From positions 26,970,001 through 27,034,000 of the forward strand of contig OZ231126.1 of assembly GCA_965153355.1 (NCBI GenBank): a stretch of 64,000 nucleotides of DNA, given 5' to 3'. Source of the DNA: Flaccisagitta enflata (lineage: Eukaryota). Of this stretch, positions 12,175-30,093 are shown one piece after another; the first letter of the stretch is position 1, and each line of letters starts with the position of its first letter. The notes under the pieces were generated by a model that was not told where the DNA came from, did no database searches, and saw nothing but the letters and a program-made list of their open reading frames with translations. Both the position numbers and the translations under genes were made by a program.

Positions 12175-13746
12175 AGAGAACAAGAATGAGAAAGAGTCTA
12201 TTGTTAAGAAGAAAAAAAAGATCAGTTCTCTTTTTGTAGAAGTCCCGTCCATCGACCCGCTTAGTTGACAAGTTTTCTTCATTTTTTTTCAAACTCAAAG
12301 ATCTAGCTTCCATTAGTATTTACTTTGTATGGTGATAGGGGAAAGTTGCCTCTTCGATCTTTTTAGGGCATTTCTACGCGTATGTATACATATTGTATAT
12401 TCCTATGGTGTCTTTTAAGATCGTATGAAGTTGCATCTTTCCCAAAATCACTCTCCCGCCCCATCGCCCCTTTCACAACAGTTTTTCTTTTCTCTCTCTC
12501 TCTCTCTCTCCTCTTCCCCCACTCAACTCGTAGTATTATCATCATGTCGCATTTGTTTGCGTGTGGCGTGTGACATCTCTCTTTCTTTTTCGCGAAGTGG
12601 TGGAATGTGCTTTTATTTTATTTTTCCTCTTTCACCCACTCGGCGTTTGGCGAAGGAGAGATAATATCTAATTACAGGGAGAGTCGTCGTTGTCGGCCTT
12701 CGTCTTGTGCGTGTTCCTACTTGCTCGTGTGTGTGGACAGAGGATGAAGAGAGTTGGGGGAGATATGCACGCTCATTTCGCGTGCAGTTCGCCCTGTCTC
12801 TCTTATCTAGTCTTTCCATCACGTGCTTGTCGGGCGCGTCCGAACGAGACCTGTCGTCGCGAATTGGCTATTTGGCGGCTTTCGGGCCTATCTAGCCCAA
12901 TTCCGGCGGCATCGGAGGCGTTGGCTCACGCCATCGGTTCTCTTTGTTTGTTTACTGTTATTAGATATTCGTTCTCTGGAACCCCGATTCGAGTCTCTAT
13001 TTTTTAGAAACGGAGAAGCGAATCGGCGACGCAAAATATTAATGAATTCGTGTATACCGTTGTAGACCCGGAATTTTTCTTGCAGTTTGTGTATCCAATG
13101 CGTAGCGTGTTTTTAATTATTTTTTCCCTTCCAGATGTACACTTGTCCAATTTTTTTTCTTAGCAAAAAAGTATCATCGCGTTAGCGTTGTCTTTTAATT
13201 GGGATAAGAGGGCATTTATTTTCTTTTGTGGAGACTTTTGAATTTGCCCATCTTTCGCCGTCATGGTACGATGAAAAAAATGAAATTGTATCCGATGCGA
13301 AGATGGCGTGTTTACAACTTCGTAATCGCTCTTTAGGAATTAAATTAACCGCGCGTTAACACAATTGTATACATATTTAGGAAACTTATTATTTTATATA
13401 AAAAAAAACATTGTTTGGAATCGTGTGTGTGTATTATTTTTTTGATCCGTCATCGGAAAGTTGTCAACCGAATGGTTTTGTATGAAAATCATTCGATTTA
13501 TTACTAGTCAATGATGGGATGAAAAACGGGTAACAAGGAATGGCATTGTAACTTGTGTATGACTTGTTATGAATCACTCCATCTTCATAACTTGAATGAA
13601 ACAACATCGATGAATTTTGTGCACCTTCAATTCAAAATTATACTCAAATCCATTGATCACTTTCTTGATTTTTTGTGTAGTCCTGTGAAATCGTAAGACT
13701 GAAATGATGTTGGTGAAATATTCTAGATCTAGCATTCCTTGACATC

Positions 13747-14409
13747 GATCGGCGGACCTGCTAAAAAATCTCAGGATTATGTCAAAATTGGGGGATTTTA
13801 CCGTCCATCCCGTACTAGACCAATTTTGACCCAAGGAATCCAAATCTGCAGTCAGAAATGGTCTCAGGTCAATATTTCGATAGGCTACGGCTACATTTCT
13901 CAGGTCAAAATACTTTATAAGGTCAAATTTTCAAAATTGGAAATTTGTCAATCTGATTGCAGATTCAAAATCCTTGGAAAAAACTAATAACAGCAAGTAT
14001 CTTTCTTTTTTTGAAATTTTGATTTGGAACTTCGTCAAAATTAGCGTTAAACATCCAAAATAAAGTAAAATTGCTCTTTCATCTAAATTCGGCCTAATTT
14101 TGACGGATAATGGTAATTTTGACTATGTTCTAATCAAAATTTTGAAAAAAGAAAGACACTTTCTTCACACAGTTTTTTGCAAGGATTCTGAATCTGCAAT
14201 CAGATTGACAAATTTCCAATTTTGAAAATTTGACCTTATATGGTATTTTGACCTGAGAAATGTAGCTGTAGTCTATCGAAATATTGACCTGAGACCATTT
14301 TTGACTGCATATTTGGATTCCTGGGGTCAAAACTGGTCTAGAATGGGATGGACGGTAAAATCCCACAATTTTGACATAATCCTGAGATTTTTTAGCGAAC
14401 CTGCAGATC
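13747..14409. mobile_element. Fold-back MITE-like element with long inverted arms
   Basis: The left arm (gctaaaaaatctcaggattatgtcaaaattg...) is the reverse complement of the right arm (...caattttgacataatcctgagattttttagc) over about 290 bp. The ORF track shows near-identical peptides on opposite strands (13739+ and 14130-). Confidence 0.85.
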
Positions 14410-15456
14410 AAACTGGGTTTCAAACGGATTGGTTTACGACTGACTGTTTGGCTCACTGTCTGTCTCACTCATTGTCTATCTGACCCAATTTTAGATGCGA
14501 CTGTCAGGAACGCATCTCTATAAGAGGGTCCGTCCGTCCGTCGGTCCGTTACGCCTGTGCAAAAACCGCATTTCTCGGCTGTTTTTGGCCGCGGTGAGAT
14601 CCTACACTGAAACAAATGATCAACCAACATGTTTTGAGTCTTTTCACCCGTCTGTTCGTCCATCTGTCTCTCCATACATAAGTCACATGATCTGTACACG
14701 CTGAGACACAGCCCGGACGCATCGTTGCCCAGTCGGGCTTGTTACTGGCTTTCTGGCTGGTGTTTCTGACTGGAAAACTTGCTAGATTGATATCTAAATG
14801 ACTCTCGAACGTGACAGTTTCCATTACAAACTGATTAGCTTGTCTGTTGATTTGGGGGCCTGTATGACTTACTGACTGACTTTGGTCGCTCACTGACCGA
14901 CCATCTCTGTGATTATGAACGTTGTGATCTCCGGTCGTACTTCGGTTGTACTCTGTCTGACGAAATTCGAAGGGATGAATCGTTTGAAATGAACACGTGG
15001 GTTAGATGATCGTTTATCTCGTAATAGCAACGATCGCGTAGGTGCATTTACTCGTGGTTGCACTTTTGAGTTCTCTTTGCTCATAACAATTCCCCTCTCT
15101 CAACCTCATCGCGTGCATTTTACGAGGTATTACTTTCAGTTGCGCAAACGCAGCTTAGTACTCTGTCCGTTGTTGACAAGTCGGCGTTGGTCTTATTCTT
15201 TAGTCGCATACATGTGAAACGAAGTAGGCTGTGTAGCGTGTACCCGGTATGTAGTGTGTATCCTCGTCTATCCCACTCTTTAGACGCTTGCTAAACGACT
15301 AGATAAGATGGACGCAATGCTGTCTCACATAAGGATTGAGACAAGAATGATATAACTGTGCGGTTCTTTCATTTTTGCATAGGTAATGGGTGTACAGACC
15401 AGGAACGTTCATGTAGAAAATCTATCCTGGAGCGCTTTAAAAGAAAAAAATAAAGA

Positions 15457-17712
15457 TTTTTGTCCCCGACGAACAGTTTTCGTCGGTGACTATGAAGTAG
15501 CAGTGATGTGTAGTCTGTGTCTGTCTGTCGTCTGTCGTCTGTCTGTTTAAAACCTTCTCATATTTTTGGAACCAGACTTCAGAATTTTATGAAACTTTGC
15601 TGGTGTTGTTTATAGGTCAATAGGAGCTTGTGTACCAATTTTCAGAAAAATTCACTAACTTTTACTACCCTTTGCCTATTATTTTTGTAGTAATATTTAG
15701 CTGGGACTTATGTGGTTTATATAGGTAGAGGGTAGTAAAAGTTAATGAATTTTTTTTGAATTTGGTATACAAGTAGAGGGTACTAAATAAATAACCCCTG
15801 CAAAATTCGAATTAAATCTGAAGTCTGGTTTATGAGATATTAGCTTATTTATGTAGTAATATATTACTATGACTTAGACAGTTTACATAGGCAAAGGGTA
15901 GCAAAGTTATGTGAATTCTTTTTTAATTTGGTATACAAGTAAAAGATATTAATTGAACTGCCCCTGCATAATTTAAATTAAATCTGAAAGTCTGGTTTAT
16001 AAGATACAAGCATTAATGTATATATAACACGCTGCTCATAATTTGACTTTGGTTATTAATTATTTCATCAAACCTCAATTTATTGCTATTCTGATTTTCA
16101 GGTTGCCAACGTGGATTTGTGATTCATCTTCAACTACTGTCATCATCTTCAACATCATCATCATTCCTTTCAACACTGTCATCATTCTTCAACTACTGTC
16201 ATCTTCAACTACTGTCATCTTCAACTACTGTCATCATCTTCAACTACTGTCAATATCTTCAACTACTTCATCATCTTCAACTACTGTCATCATCTTCAAC
16301 TACTGTCATCATCTTCAACTACTATCATCATCTTCAACTACTGTCATCATCTTCAACTACTGTCATCATCTTCAACTACTGTCATCATCTTCAACTACTG
16401 TCATCATCTTCAACTACTGTCATCATCTTCAACTACTGTCATCATCTTCAACCACTGTCATCATCTTTGAACACTGTCATCATCTTCAACTACTGTCATC
16501 ATCTTCAACTACTGTCATCATCTTCAACTACTGTCATCATCTTCCAACTACTGTCATCATCTTCAACTACTGTCATCATCTTCACACTACCGTCAATTTC
16601 AACTACTGTCACCATCTTCAACTACTGTCATCATCTTCAACTACTGTCACACCTCTTAACTACTGTCATCATCCTCAACTACTGTCATCATCTTAACTAT
16701 TAAAAAATCCCCAACTACTGTCATCTCCTCACTAAATTTTCATTGAAGAAATTTTTTGAAAAATTTTTTTGAAAATTTTAAGAAAAATTTTTTTGAAAAT
16801 TATTTTAAAATTTTTTAATTTTTTTAACAAATTTTGAAATTTTTGAAATTTTTTGAAATTTTTTTGAAATTTTGAATTAAATTTTTCTGTCATTATCATT
16901 CACTGTTGTCATCATCATCATCATCCACTACACAATGTAACTTCCATGGCCAAGGCGGATTTTTCTCTTACTGTTACTCTTTTATTACTTTACTGTTATT
17001 CCAGTAAAAAACCTACAATTTATTTGCTTACTTTCAGTAATTTACTTTCTTACTCTGTTACTCTTTTGCTTTTTTACTCTCTTACTTTCATACTTTTTAC
17101 CTCCTCCATAATAGGCTTCCTTGCTTTCTTACTTTCTTACTCTTTTACTTTCATTTGGGTAAATTACTTTATTTTTTACGTTACTTTACCTAATCATCGG
17201 TAAAAGTTGCTATGCCAATGGTAAGTTACCAAGTTCTTACTTTTTAACCTCGGTAAATATGCCACTTTTCAGTAAATGAAAAATTCCTCTCCTCCAAATT
17301 TCCTCTTCCTCTCCAAAGTTCCTCTCTTCAGAATTCCTTCTCTCCAGAATTCCTTCTCTCCAAAATTCCTCTCCTCCAAAATTCCTCTTCTTCAAAATTC
17401 CCCAGTAAATAAAAAATTCCTCTCCTCCAAAATTCCTCTCCTACAAAATTCCTCTCCTCCAAAATACTTAGATGGAAGTGAAGAGGAAAATTCCCCCCTG
17501 GCCACAATTATACTACAAAGTTACAATGTGCACTATTGTTATCATTATTAAGTTTTTTCATCATTAAAACAATATTGAATATTGTATATTTTTTTTCTTT
17601 TTTTTTTTTAAATTGCTGTCTTGTCGTGTATCTCATCGAGTTGCGTTTACGCAACGAGAAAGCTTCAAAAATTACAGTCCCCAGTCGGGGACTGTAATTT
17701 TGAAGCTTTTTA
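15457..17712 (+). mobile_element. Helentron-associated (HINE/DINE-like) non-autonomous element nested in the element above
   Basis: 5' T run + gtccccgacgaac...ttcgtcggtgac hairpin followed by a (gtct) microsatellite. 3' palindrome aagcttcaaaaattacagtccccagtcggggactgtaattttgaagctt. Confidence 0.55.
16130..16720. repeat. 19-bp minisatellite (CAACTACTGTCATCATCTT)n
   Basis: Tandem copies are directly visible and explain the spurious ORFs at 16043 and 16119. Confidence 0.95.
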
Positions 17713-18118
17713 GCTTAATTTTACATAAGACTATTTTTCAGGTCGGTTTGACCTACTGTTTGATAGCTTAATATTAATCCTAATAGTACACCCTTTCATT
17801 TGATAGGTCGCGCTATATGGTTTTCATAAGAACATAAATTTTCATGTTTAAAGCCACCGTTATAAAAATACAACGGTAGCCTAGAATACCAATAAAGGCG
17901 GCTAATCGCTGTAGGAAAAAAGTCGTAAATGCTGGGAGAACAGGAGAGAGAGAGGGAGAGGGAGAGGGAGAAAGAGAATGAGAGAGAGAGAATGAGAGAG
18001 AGAATGAGAGAGAGAGGGAGAGAGAGAATGAGAGAGAGGGAGAGGGAGAGAGAGAATGAGAGACAAGAGAGAGAGACGAGAGAGATAGAGGGAAAGACAG
18101 AAAGACAGACAGAGAAAA

Positions 18119-18209
<91 letters not shown>

Positions 18210-19980
18210 AACATACATAGACAGACAGAGTATGAGCAAGCATGGTAAAATGCAAGTGATTTGAATGCTAGTGTCATTTTGACTCTTTTTTCATGTTACA
18301 TAGGGCCCAAAATTAGGATCAATAAAGAATATTGATCTTCGGGAAAAAAAGGAAAAATGCGAAAAAATAAAAAAAGATTTAAAAAATCATAGCTCCAAAA
18401 CTATCGATCGTACAGAATTCTGCTTGGTGTTATCTGAAAGAGGAGAATTACCTCTTTCTTAGCTATTAATTTCATACGTAATGGCGTTTGGGCTGAAAAG
18501 CAGATCAATTTTTTCAAACTCCCCACAAAAAAGGGAAAATCCAATTCCGCCGTAGGTCTCAAAAAGCCAAAGGTATTCTTTGACTTTTTTCCAAATGATA
18601 ATTTCATTTCTTACAAAAACTATATAGTGCGACCTATCAAATGAATTGAAATTTTATCAGGATTAATATTATGCTATCATACTATCATAAAATAGGTCAA
18701 ACTAACCTGAAAATTTGTCTATGGAAAATGGAGTAAAAACTTGAATTTTTTTTTTTTTTCAAAAAGCGCTCCAGGAAAGATTTTCTACTGGGTTCTTGAC
18801 CGATGCAAAAGTGCAAAAAACCATATAGTTATGTCATTCTTGTGTCAAAACTTAGGTGGGACAGCAGTGGATGGCAACGCTTTTTGGGCAGCGGCCCTCA
18901 GAGTGCTCAATGACCTATGCTCTGATGCAGAGGAAATTTTCTTTTAGTCATTTCTTGAAAAAAAATTAGTATTGGGCAGCGGCCCTGAAGGGGATTAAGT
19001 CCTGTAGAACACGGGGGGAATCTGTCTGTCCCTACCTTGGTCCCCCCTGCCTCATGCTTAAGGCTTTGTCTCCTTTTAGGTCTATTCTGACTCAAATTCT
19101 GCCAAATAGCCCAGAATCTAGGTATCGGAGGCCACAATATAGATTTAAGGGGCCAAAATAATAGAACCCAGGTTTTCTGGCTAGATTTGGGCTATTTTGC
19201 TATGATTTGGGTCATTATGCCCGGATTGAGCCATTTTGCTTAGATTTGGGCCATATTGCTTTGATTTGGGCTATTTGGCAGAATTTTGGTCCGAGTAGGC
19301 CACAAAGGAGATGCAGCTCTGAGGATGGGGTGGGGGGGGGGGATTAATGGATGGACGTAAGGATGGACAGTTTCCCCCTGTTCTACAGGACTTTGTCTCC
19401 TATGAGGTTGTTGCTCTGCTCCTTCTCTACTTAAATAACACACTATTCAAGCAGGGCACGGGTACCGCTGACCACTTACTGCCTTTGGGCTGCTTATTTG
19501 TTTCAGTTCCAAAATCCTGTTCCTAGCCTTGAGGGCCCCAAGTTCAGTTGATTTTTTGTAGTTGACTCTTCCACCGGAAATACATTAGAGATAAGGTTCT
19601 TACTTTTCGTTCTAAACTTTAGGAAGGTCAAATAAAGTTATAGCAGATGAGGTTTAAATATGTCATAAGGTACAGTAGATCTCGTCTAGACTTGAGATAA
19701 CGGGGGCAAGCATTGTAGAAAAACAAATAAAGCCAGAGGACTGATATTCGAAGTATAGACCCATAAAAGGAGGCTTTATTGTCTATGATAGCTGGTTGCT
19801 ATGGAAACACATTTCTATGTATTTTCGCTAAAATATCAATATTTTGAGAAATGTTTTGAGGGAAAATTATTTAAAATCAAATTTGGTACTACTTTCCTAC
19901 AGTATGTTCTATAAGAATGTCGTCAGTTTAGCGGCTGCTAGGGGTTGTCACACATGGATACGCTCCCTTGCAATGGCCAC

Positions 19981-20270
19981 CCCCCCCTACAGCCGCAACT
20001 GCCGAATAAAGAAAGGCACATAAGATAGAGAATGGAAGCTTACATCAATACAATTAGCCTCATCAGAGCGATTTCGGAATTTTTTGAATAACATTTTTTG
20101 AATAATATTAAAAATGCAATTTTTTACTGTTTTTTTTGCTATAATTCTTTACTGGGAGTGAAATTCCAAAATCGCTCTGATGAGGCTAATTGTAATGATA
20201 TAAACTTCCATCCCGCACCTTATATAGCTTTCTTCATTTGGCGGTTAAGGCTGTAGGGCCAGGGGGGGGG
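19981..20270. mobile_element. Palindromic MITE
   Basis: ccctacagcc...caattagcctcatcagagcgattt is mirrored by aaatcgctctgatgaggctaattg...ggctgtaggg. Confidence 0.75.
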
Positions 20271-20714
20271 GGTGCTACAGTTTTTGGGGGGTTAACTTAT
20301 TGTATTTCACTTTCGTCTGTATTGGCAGTCCATCTGGCCTTGTCTGACCCTCGCACCAATGATTTTGCCATCTATCCGGTTTAGTTGCAGATGAAGGGAA
20401 ACTAGGCTCATCGATCAGTGTAAAATTGACAGCTCTAGTTGCTGTGATTAAGAGTTGATTTATTACAAGACGCGTGTCAAACTGGTACGATATGACGCCT
20501 GTAGACCATACATATCGCTAAACAAGACGTATTTCTCTGCACCCTTCTTGAGCTGCGTACTGTGTTTAGAGCGGAAAGGCCAAGTCGTCGAGAAGGAAAT
20601 TTCCCTGTCGAATAAATTTCGTTTTTTTCTAAAGTCGTACGGAAAGGGAGAAAAGAGCTGCAGCCGTTCTAGGCAAGACGACTTTGATCGTCTCTTCATG
20701 GATCCGAGAAGAAA

Positions 20715-24997
<4,283 letters not shown>

Positions 24998-25201
24998 TCA
25001 ATCGATACGAAACGTGCAGCTTTCTCGATTGCGGCTTCGGGAAAATTTTGGATTGAAAAAGGACTGAATGGTGTCAATGAGACCACGTAAGAAAGACAAA
25101 GAATTTTGGCTGTTCGAATCTGAGGGAGAAAAAAGGAAAGAAAGAAAGAATCAGAGAAAGAAAGATGGAAGGAAGTGAAGAAAGGAAAAAAGGAAGAAAG
25201 T

Positions 25202-25261
<60 letters not shown>

Positions 25262-25641
25262 GATTTTGAGAATAGAATCAGAGATAAAATGGTAAACGGG
25301 ATGAGTTTTCAAGTGATTTAAAGCATTTTCTGCGATGTTTTTCTTTCAACTGACAAAGTGACGGACGGACGGATGGACAAAGCCTCTTATAGAGTTATGT
25401 GTCCGCATCTAAAAACCGGAGAAGACAAAAAAGTGAATAGAAAAAGAAAGAAAGATGAAAAAACAGTTCATTGCTGAAAAAGGGTAGGGGGAGAAGGGGG
25501 GGGGGTGTAGGCGAAAAGCGTGCTCTCACATATTTCAACTTGAGCGTTACGAAACAACAACTGTCAAACCAACGTGACGGACGGACAAGGCAGAGTTACT
25601 TGTCAGCAAAGAAAATCTAGAATCTGTCTTTGTCAAAATAG

Positions 25642-26621
25642 GCATCTTCAACTCAAATTGGACAAACCATGCGCGAGCGCTTTGCCAATATGCTTCGAAG
25701 AATAAAGAAGAAGAGACATTGGGAGAAAAACCGGCATGAAATCTTTCGCTTGAACATTTTTCCCAACGAATTTGAGGCAGAGCCGGAGAGCGTCATCATC
25801 GATTATGGGTTTGATCGTAACACAAAGACTCGGAATTTGCGCACTCAAATTGGCGATCTTCAGCGTGATTTACAGACCATGGAGCAGGAATTGAAGCAAG
25901 TTTCGGAAGATAAAGAGAATGCAATGAAAGCGAAGGAAAAGGAAAGTCGGAAAGCGCGCATTTGTGAACAGAAAAACAAAGCTCTGTCCAATCAGATTGT
26001 TACTTTGGAGTCGGAAGTGGCGGCAAAGGCTACGCAGATTACCAACAGCCTGCAAGAGAACCAACAACTTCGCCTCAGCAACCAGGAACTACAACAGCAA
26101 CAAAAACAGGCGTCAAAACCACTTGGATACAAACGCCTCTCTGAATGTGGACCAGACGCAGTAACGAAAACACGTCACGCCTACCGGGAGAAATATAAAG
26201 AAGACGTCAACAATTATGGACAAAATCGAGGGTTGACCCTCGACAAGTTGGTTCTAAAGAATACAGAAAATGGGGAGCCGTTCGTAGTCAACATGGAAAA
26301 GCCGCCAACATATGAAAATTTGGATGAGTACGGAAAGAAAATGGTTGAGGAACATTCTCGTTGGAAAGATGGCGAAGTTGTAAGCGATCGTTCCTATGCC
26401 AAATTAAGAAAGGTTGCAGATGTACCCGCCGCCTCGCATGTCAAGTCTTTTGAAAAAGAGACGAATCAAAAAATTGGGAATGCAACTATGGTAATTTCAA
26501 TACCGTAGTAGAAGTCAGTTTATCCCATTTGCACCAAAACCATTAGCATAGTGTCATTTGTTGACTATATAAACCATAGGAACAATACACAAACACACAC
26601 AAAAACACACACAAACACACA

Positions 26622-26666
<45 letters not shown>

Positions 26667-26714
26667 TCGACCGCGCAAACGAGCGCGCACGCACATGGAC
26701 ACACTTGGTTTCAT

Positions 26715-26798
<84 letters not shown>

Positions 26799-27223
26799 TA
26801 AGGTCGCCGGAGAAAGTCGTGGCGCTCGTGTCCCTCTAGACGTGGAGGCAAAGAAGATGATCAATCACCAGATCCGTATGGGTGAAATCAAACACGGCGA
26901 CACAGTGACGTTGAAGCTAGCGTCGGATGGAACTGCTCTCACGCGCAAAGACACAGCTACTCCAACTACCCTGACGCTTAGCAGTAGCACAAAGACTTTA
27001 CAGCTTGCAACGATTGCTATTGTGCTTGCAGATGAAACCTACGAAGTGAGTTTTAGTCGCAAAATTTTCAACATAGAAGCCTTAAGGTACAAAAAAACCT
27101 CAAAGGAAATTTGATCGTATTCAGCCAATAAGTAGTCAAGTGTTAGTGGGCAGGGGCAGCAATGCAGGTAGGCAGGGGCTCTAATCATCATTTTGCTACA
27201 TCCAAAATGTATTACCCACCATA

Positions 27224-27255
<32 letters not shown>

Positions 27256-30012
27256 CTTCCAACAATCCAACAAACACAGGCATATCTACATTTGTCAACT
27301 GTTATTGATCTTTGCTGTGTAAGCGGTCTAGTTATTTAATTTTGAATTTTGAGTCCATTTGCTGTTATTTTTGAATTGACGGCGACAACTGCACTGACCC
27401 GCATTGATTCATAGTTCACGTAAGAATGATATTCCGTCGCAAATGAAAACCTGAAATGCATTTTTTTCATTATTCTTGACTCTTTCAAATTATTATTTGA
27501 AACATGCCTGCTTGCTTGCAGGTGGGCAGTGCATTGATAGAAGAGTCTATTCAAGCATTTTGACTGGGGCAGTGATGCAAAAATTCTCCTATGATCAACC
27601 AACCTACCAACAGACATAGCAGGTTATAGAGTCGCTTACACACAGCAATAAACAATATTCCTTTGTACGTTTACACATCCATTCCTGCAGCACATGGAAG
27701 GAAGCCTAAAAACCACATTCGAGGAATTTCGGAAGTTTGCCGCGGAGAACCGGGAATATACTGACGAAGAAACAGGAGTCAAAATCAAGATCATCCCTCT
27801 CGTTGGTGGTGAGAAATCTTCGTGGTTTATCAGATAGTTGAGCCCCACTTAATAATAGATTTCAAGTAACCAGGCCCGGCCAGAGGGGAGGTCACCCCTG
27901 TCTAAGATGGGGAGGCCCCCTAAAATAAGAAAATAAAAAGAAAGAAGAAAAAAGATTGGAAAAAAAAAGAAAAAAAGAAAATAAGATAAAAAGTGAATAG
28001 ATAAAAAAGAGAAAAAAAAATGAACAAAAAAAATGAAGAAACAAAAAATACTATAAACAAGGCTGGAAACACAGTTACCCTAGTCACGTGTGTGTGGGCA
28101 GGGATAGTTATTGAGTTACTAGAGCATTTGGGCAGGTGCAATTAGGCCAAATACCACAAAAACATAAAACCAGTAAAATAGGAACCAACCAACGAACGGA
28201 CATAGCGGGGTGTAGAGTCGCGTATCATGGGACTAAAAACAAATAAAAGGAAAGTTAAGTGATTGATAGTCGCAAAAGTGTAAGATGGTCAGCGGTACCC
28301 GTTGCCCTTATGTGAGTATATGTGGGTGTGTGATGGTGAAAGGGGCAGTGGCCCCAAAGGGGCCAATGACCTATGCTTAGTAACTTTTGAATCTCTAGGC
28401 AGGAATTTTAGCATAAATAGTCGCAAAAGCGTTAGATGGTCAGCGGTACCCGTTGCCCCTATGTGAGTGTATGTGGGTATGAGATTGTTAGAGCGGCAGC
28501 GGCCCCGAAGGAGCCGATGACCTATGCTGTTTTTATTTGAGCCTCAAGGCTGGGATTAGGGCCTGTAGGCTGGAATTGGGGCCTCAAGGCTGGAATTGGG
28601 GCCTCAAGGCTGAGATTTGAGCCTCAAGGCTGGGATTTGAGCCTTGAGGCTGGGATTTGAGCCTCTAGACTAGGATTTGGGCCTCTAGACTAGGATTTGG
28701 GCCTCCAGACTAGGATTTGAGCCTCAAGGCTGGGATTTGAGCCTCAAGGCTGGGATTTGAGCCTCAAGGCTGGAATTTGGGCCTTGAGGCTGGGATTTGA
28801 GCCTTCAAGCTGGGATTAGAGCCTCCAGGGCCTAGAGGCTGATTTTGGGCGTGAAGGCCAGGGGGGTACGGAGAAGGAGGAGGAGGAGAAGGAGAACTTT
28901 CTCCTGTGTGAAAGCATAGGTCATCGGCCCCTTTGGGGCCGCTGCCCAAAAATGGGATTTGAGCCATGAGGCTGTAATTTGAGCCTTAAGGTGGTGATTT
29001 AAGCCTAAAGATGGTGATTTGAGCCTTAAGATGGTGATTTGGGCCTTGAAGCGGTGATTTGAGCCTTGAGGTGGTGATTTGAGTCTCAAGACTGTGCTCT
29101 GAGCCAAGATGCCAAGATTTAAGCCAAGATGCTGGGATTTGAGCCTCGAGGCTGGGATTTGAGGCTTTAAGCTGGGATTTGAGCCTCGAAGCTGGGATGT
29201 AAGCCTCGAGGCTAGGATATGAGCTTTGAGGGGGGTGGACAGAGGAGGAGAATAAGAAGAAAGAAAAGAAGGAGAAATTTCCCCTATGTGTGAAAGCATA
29301 GGTCATTGGCCCTTTTGGGGCCGCTGCCCAAAAAAGGAAGGTTTCGGTCGGTGTAAATAGTTTCATTCATAAGTGAATAACTTTTTTTTTCCCGCAACAT
29401 AACTCAGGCATAGATGTTTTTTATGTATTTTTTTATATCTTGTTACATGCGTCATCGCATCTCTATAAGAGGGTCTGTCCATCCGTCCATCCGTTGATCC
29501 GTCCGTCCATCCGTCGGTCTGTCCATCCATCTGTCAGTCCGTTACGCCTCTTCTAATATCACGCAGATGACGCATTGAGTTGCCCGCCTGGGCTTGTTAT
29601 GTGTAAAACATAAATACCAGGTTGCAAGTCCTGAAAAAGAAAAGCTGAAAACTGAAGATTTGTTTACATGTTGTATAAGTAAACAGCCCAGGTTCAATTG
29701 CCCCAATATACCGTGCAGGTGACTTGAAAGGATTGCTTCTAACGTATGGGCTCTCTCAAGCAACGGCTTCCTACCCTTGCATATTTTGTGAGGCCGACAA
29801 GGACGATTTCATATCAAGTAAGACAAGAATATGTGACAAAGAAGAGAGAGAGAGAGAGAGAGAGAGAAAGATAGAAAGAAAGAAAGAGCGAACAAGGCAA
29901 AATGACAGAAATGACTGCTATCTTACTGTCTGTCTGTGACTGTTTAGTCTATCCAAGTGTTTCTGTCTATTGCCATCTCATTGTATGTCATCGTCTTGTA
30001 TTTTCTCTTATT

Positions 30013-30093
<81 letters not shown>

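Larger units (their letters stand above)
15315..18869. mobile_element. Non-autonomous DNA transposon with CA(C/A)TGCTGTC...GACAGCAGTG termini and a degenerate 4-bp TSD (Chapaev/Transib-like), carrying a nested HINE
   Basis: Left end caatgctgtctcacataaggattgagacaagaatgatataact...gtagaaaatctatcctggagcgcttt matches the reverse complement of the right end (cactgctgtcccacctaagttttgacacaagaatgacataact...gtagaaaatctttcctggagcgcttt). Flanks are gacg / gatg. A related internal fragment lies inverted at about 50710-51060. Confidence 0.75.

Noticed and set aside
16043-16703. Long repetitive ORFs / CRISPR-like periodicity
   Set aside because: A pure 19-bp tandem repeat with no unique spacers, in a eukaryotic context.
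26901-26907. Perfect RSS heptamer CACAGTG
   Set aside because: Lies inside transposase coding sequence (D-T-V) with no nonamer at 12/23 spacing; expected by chance.
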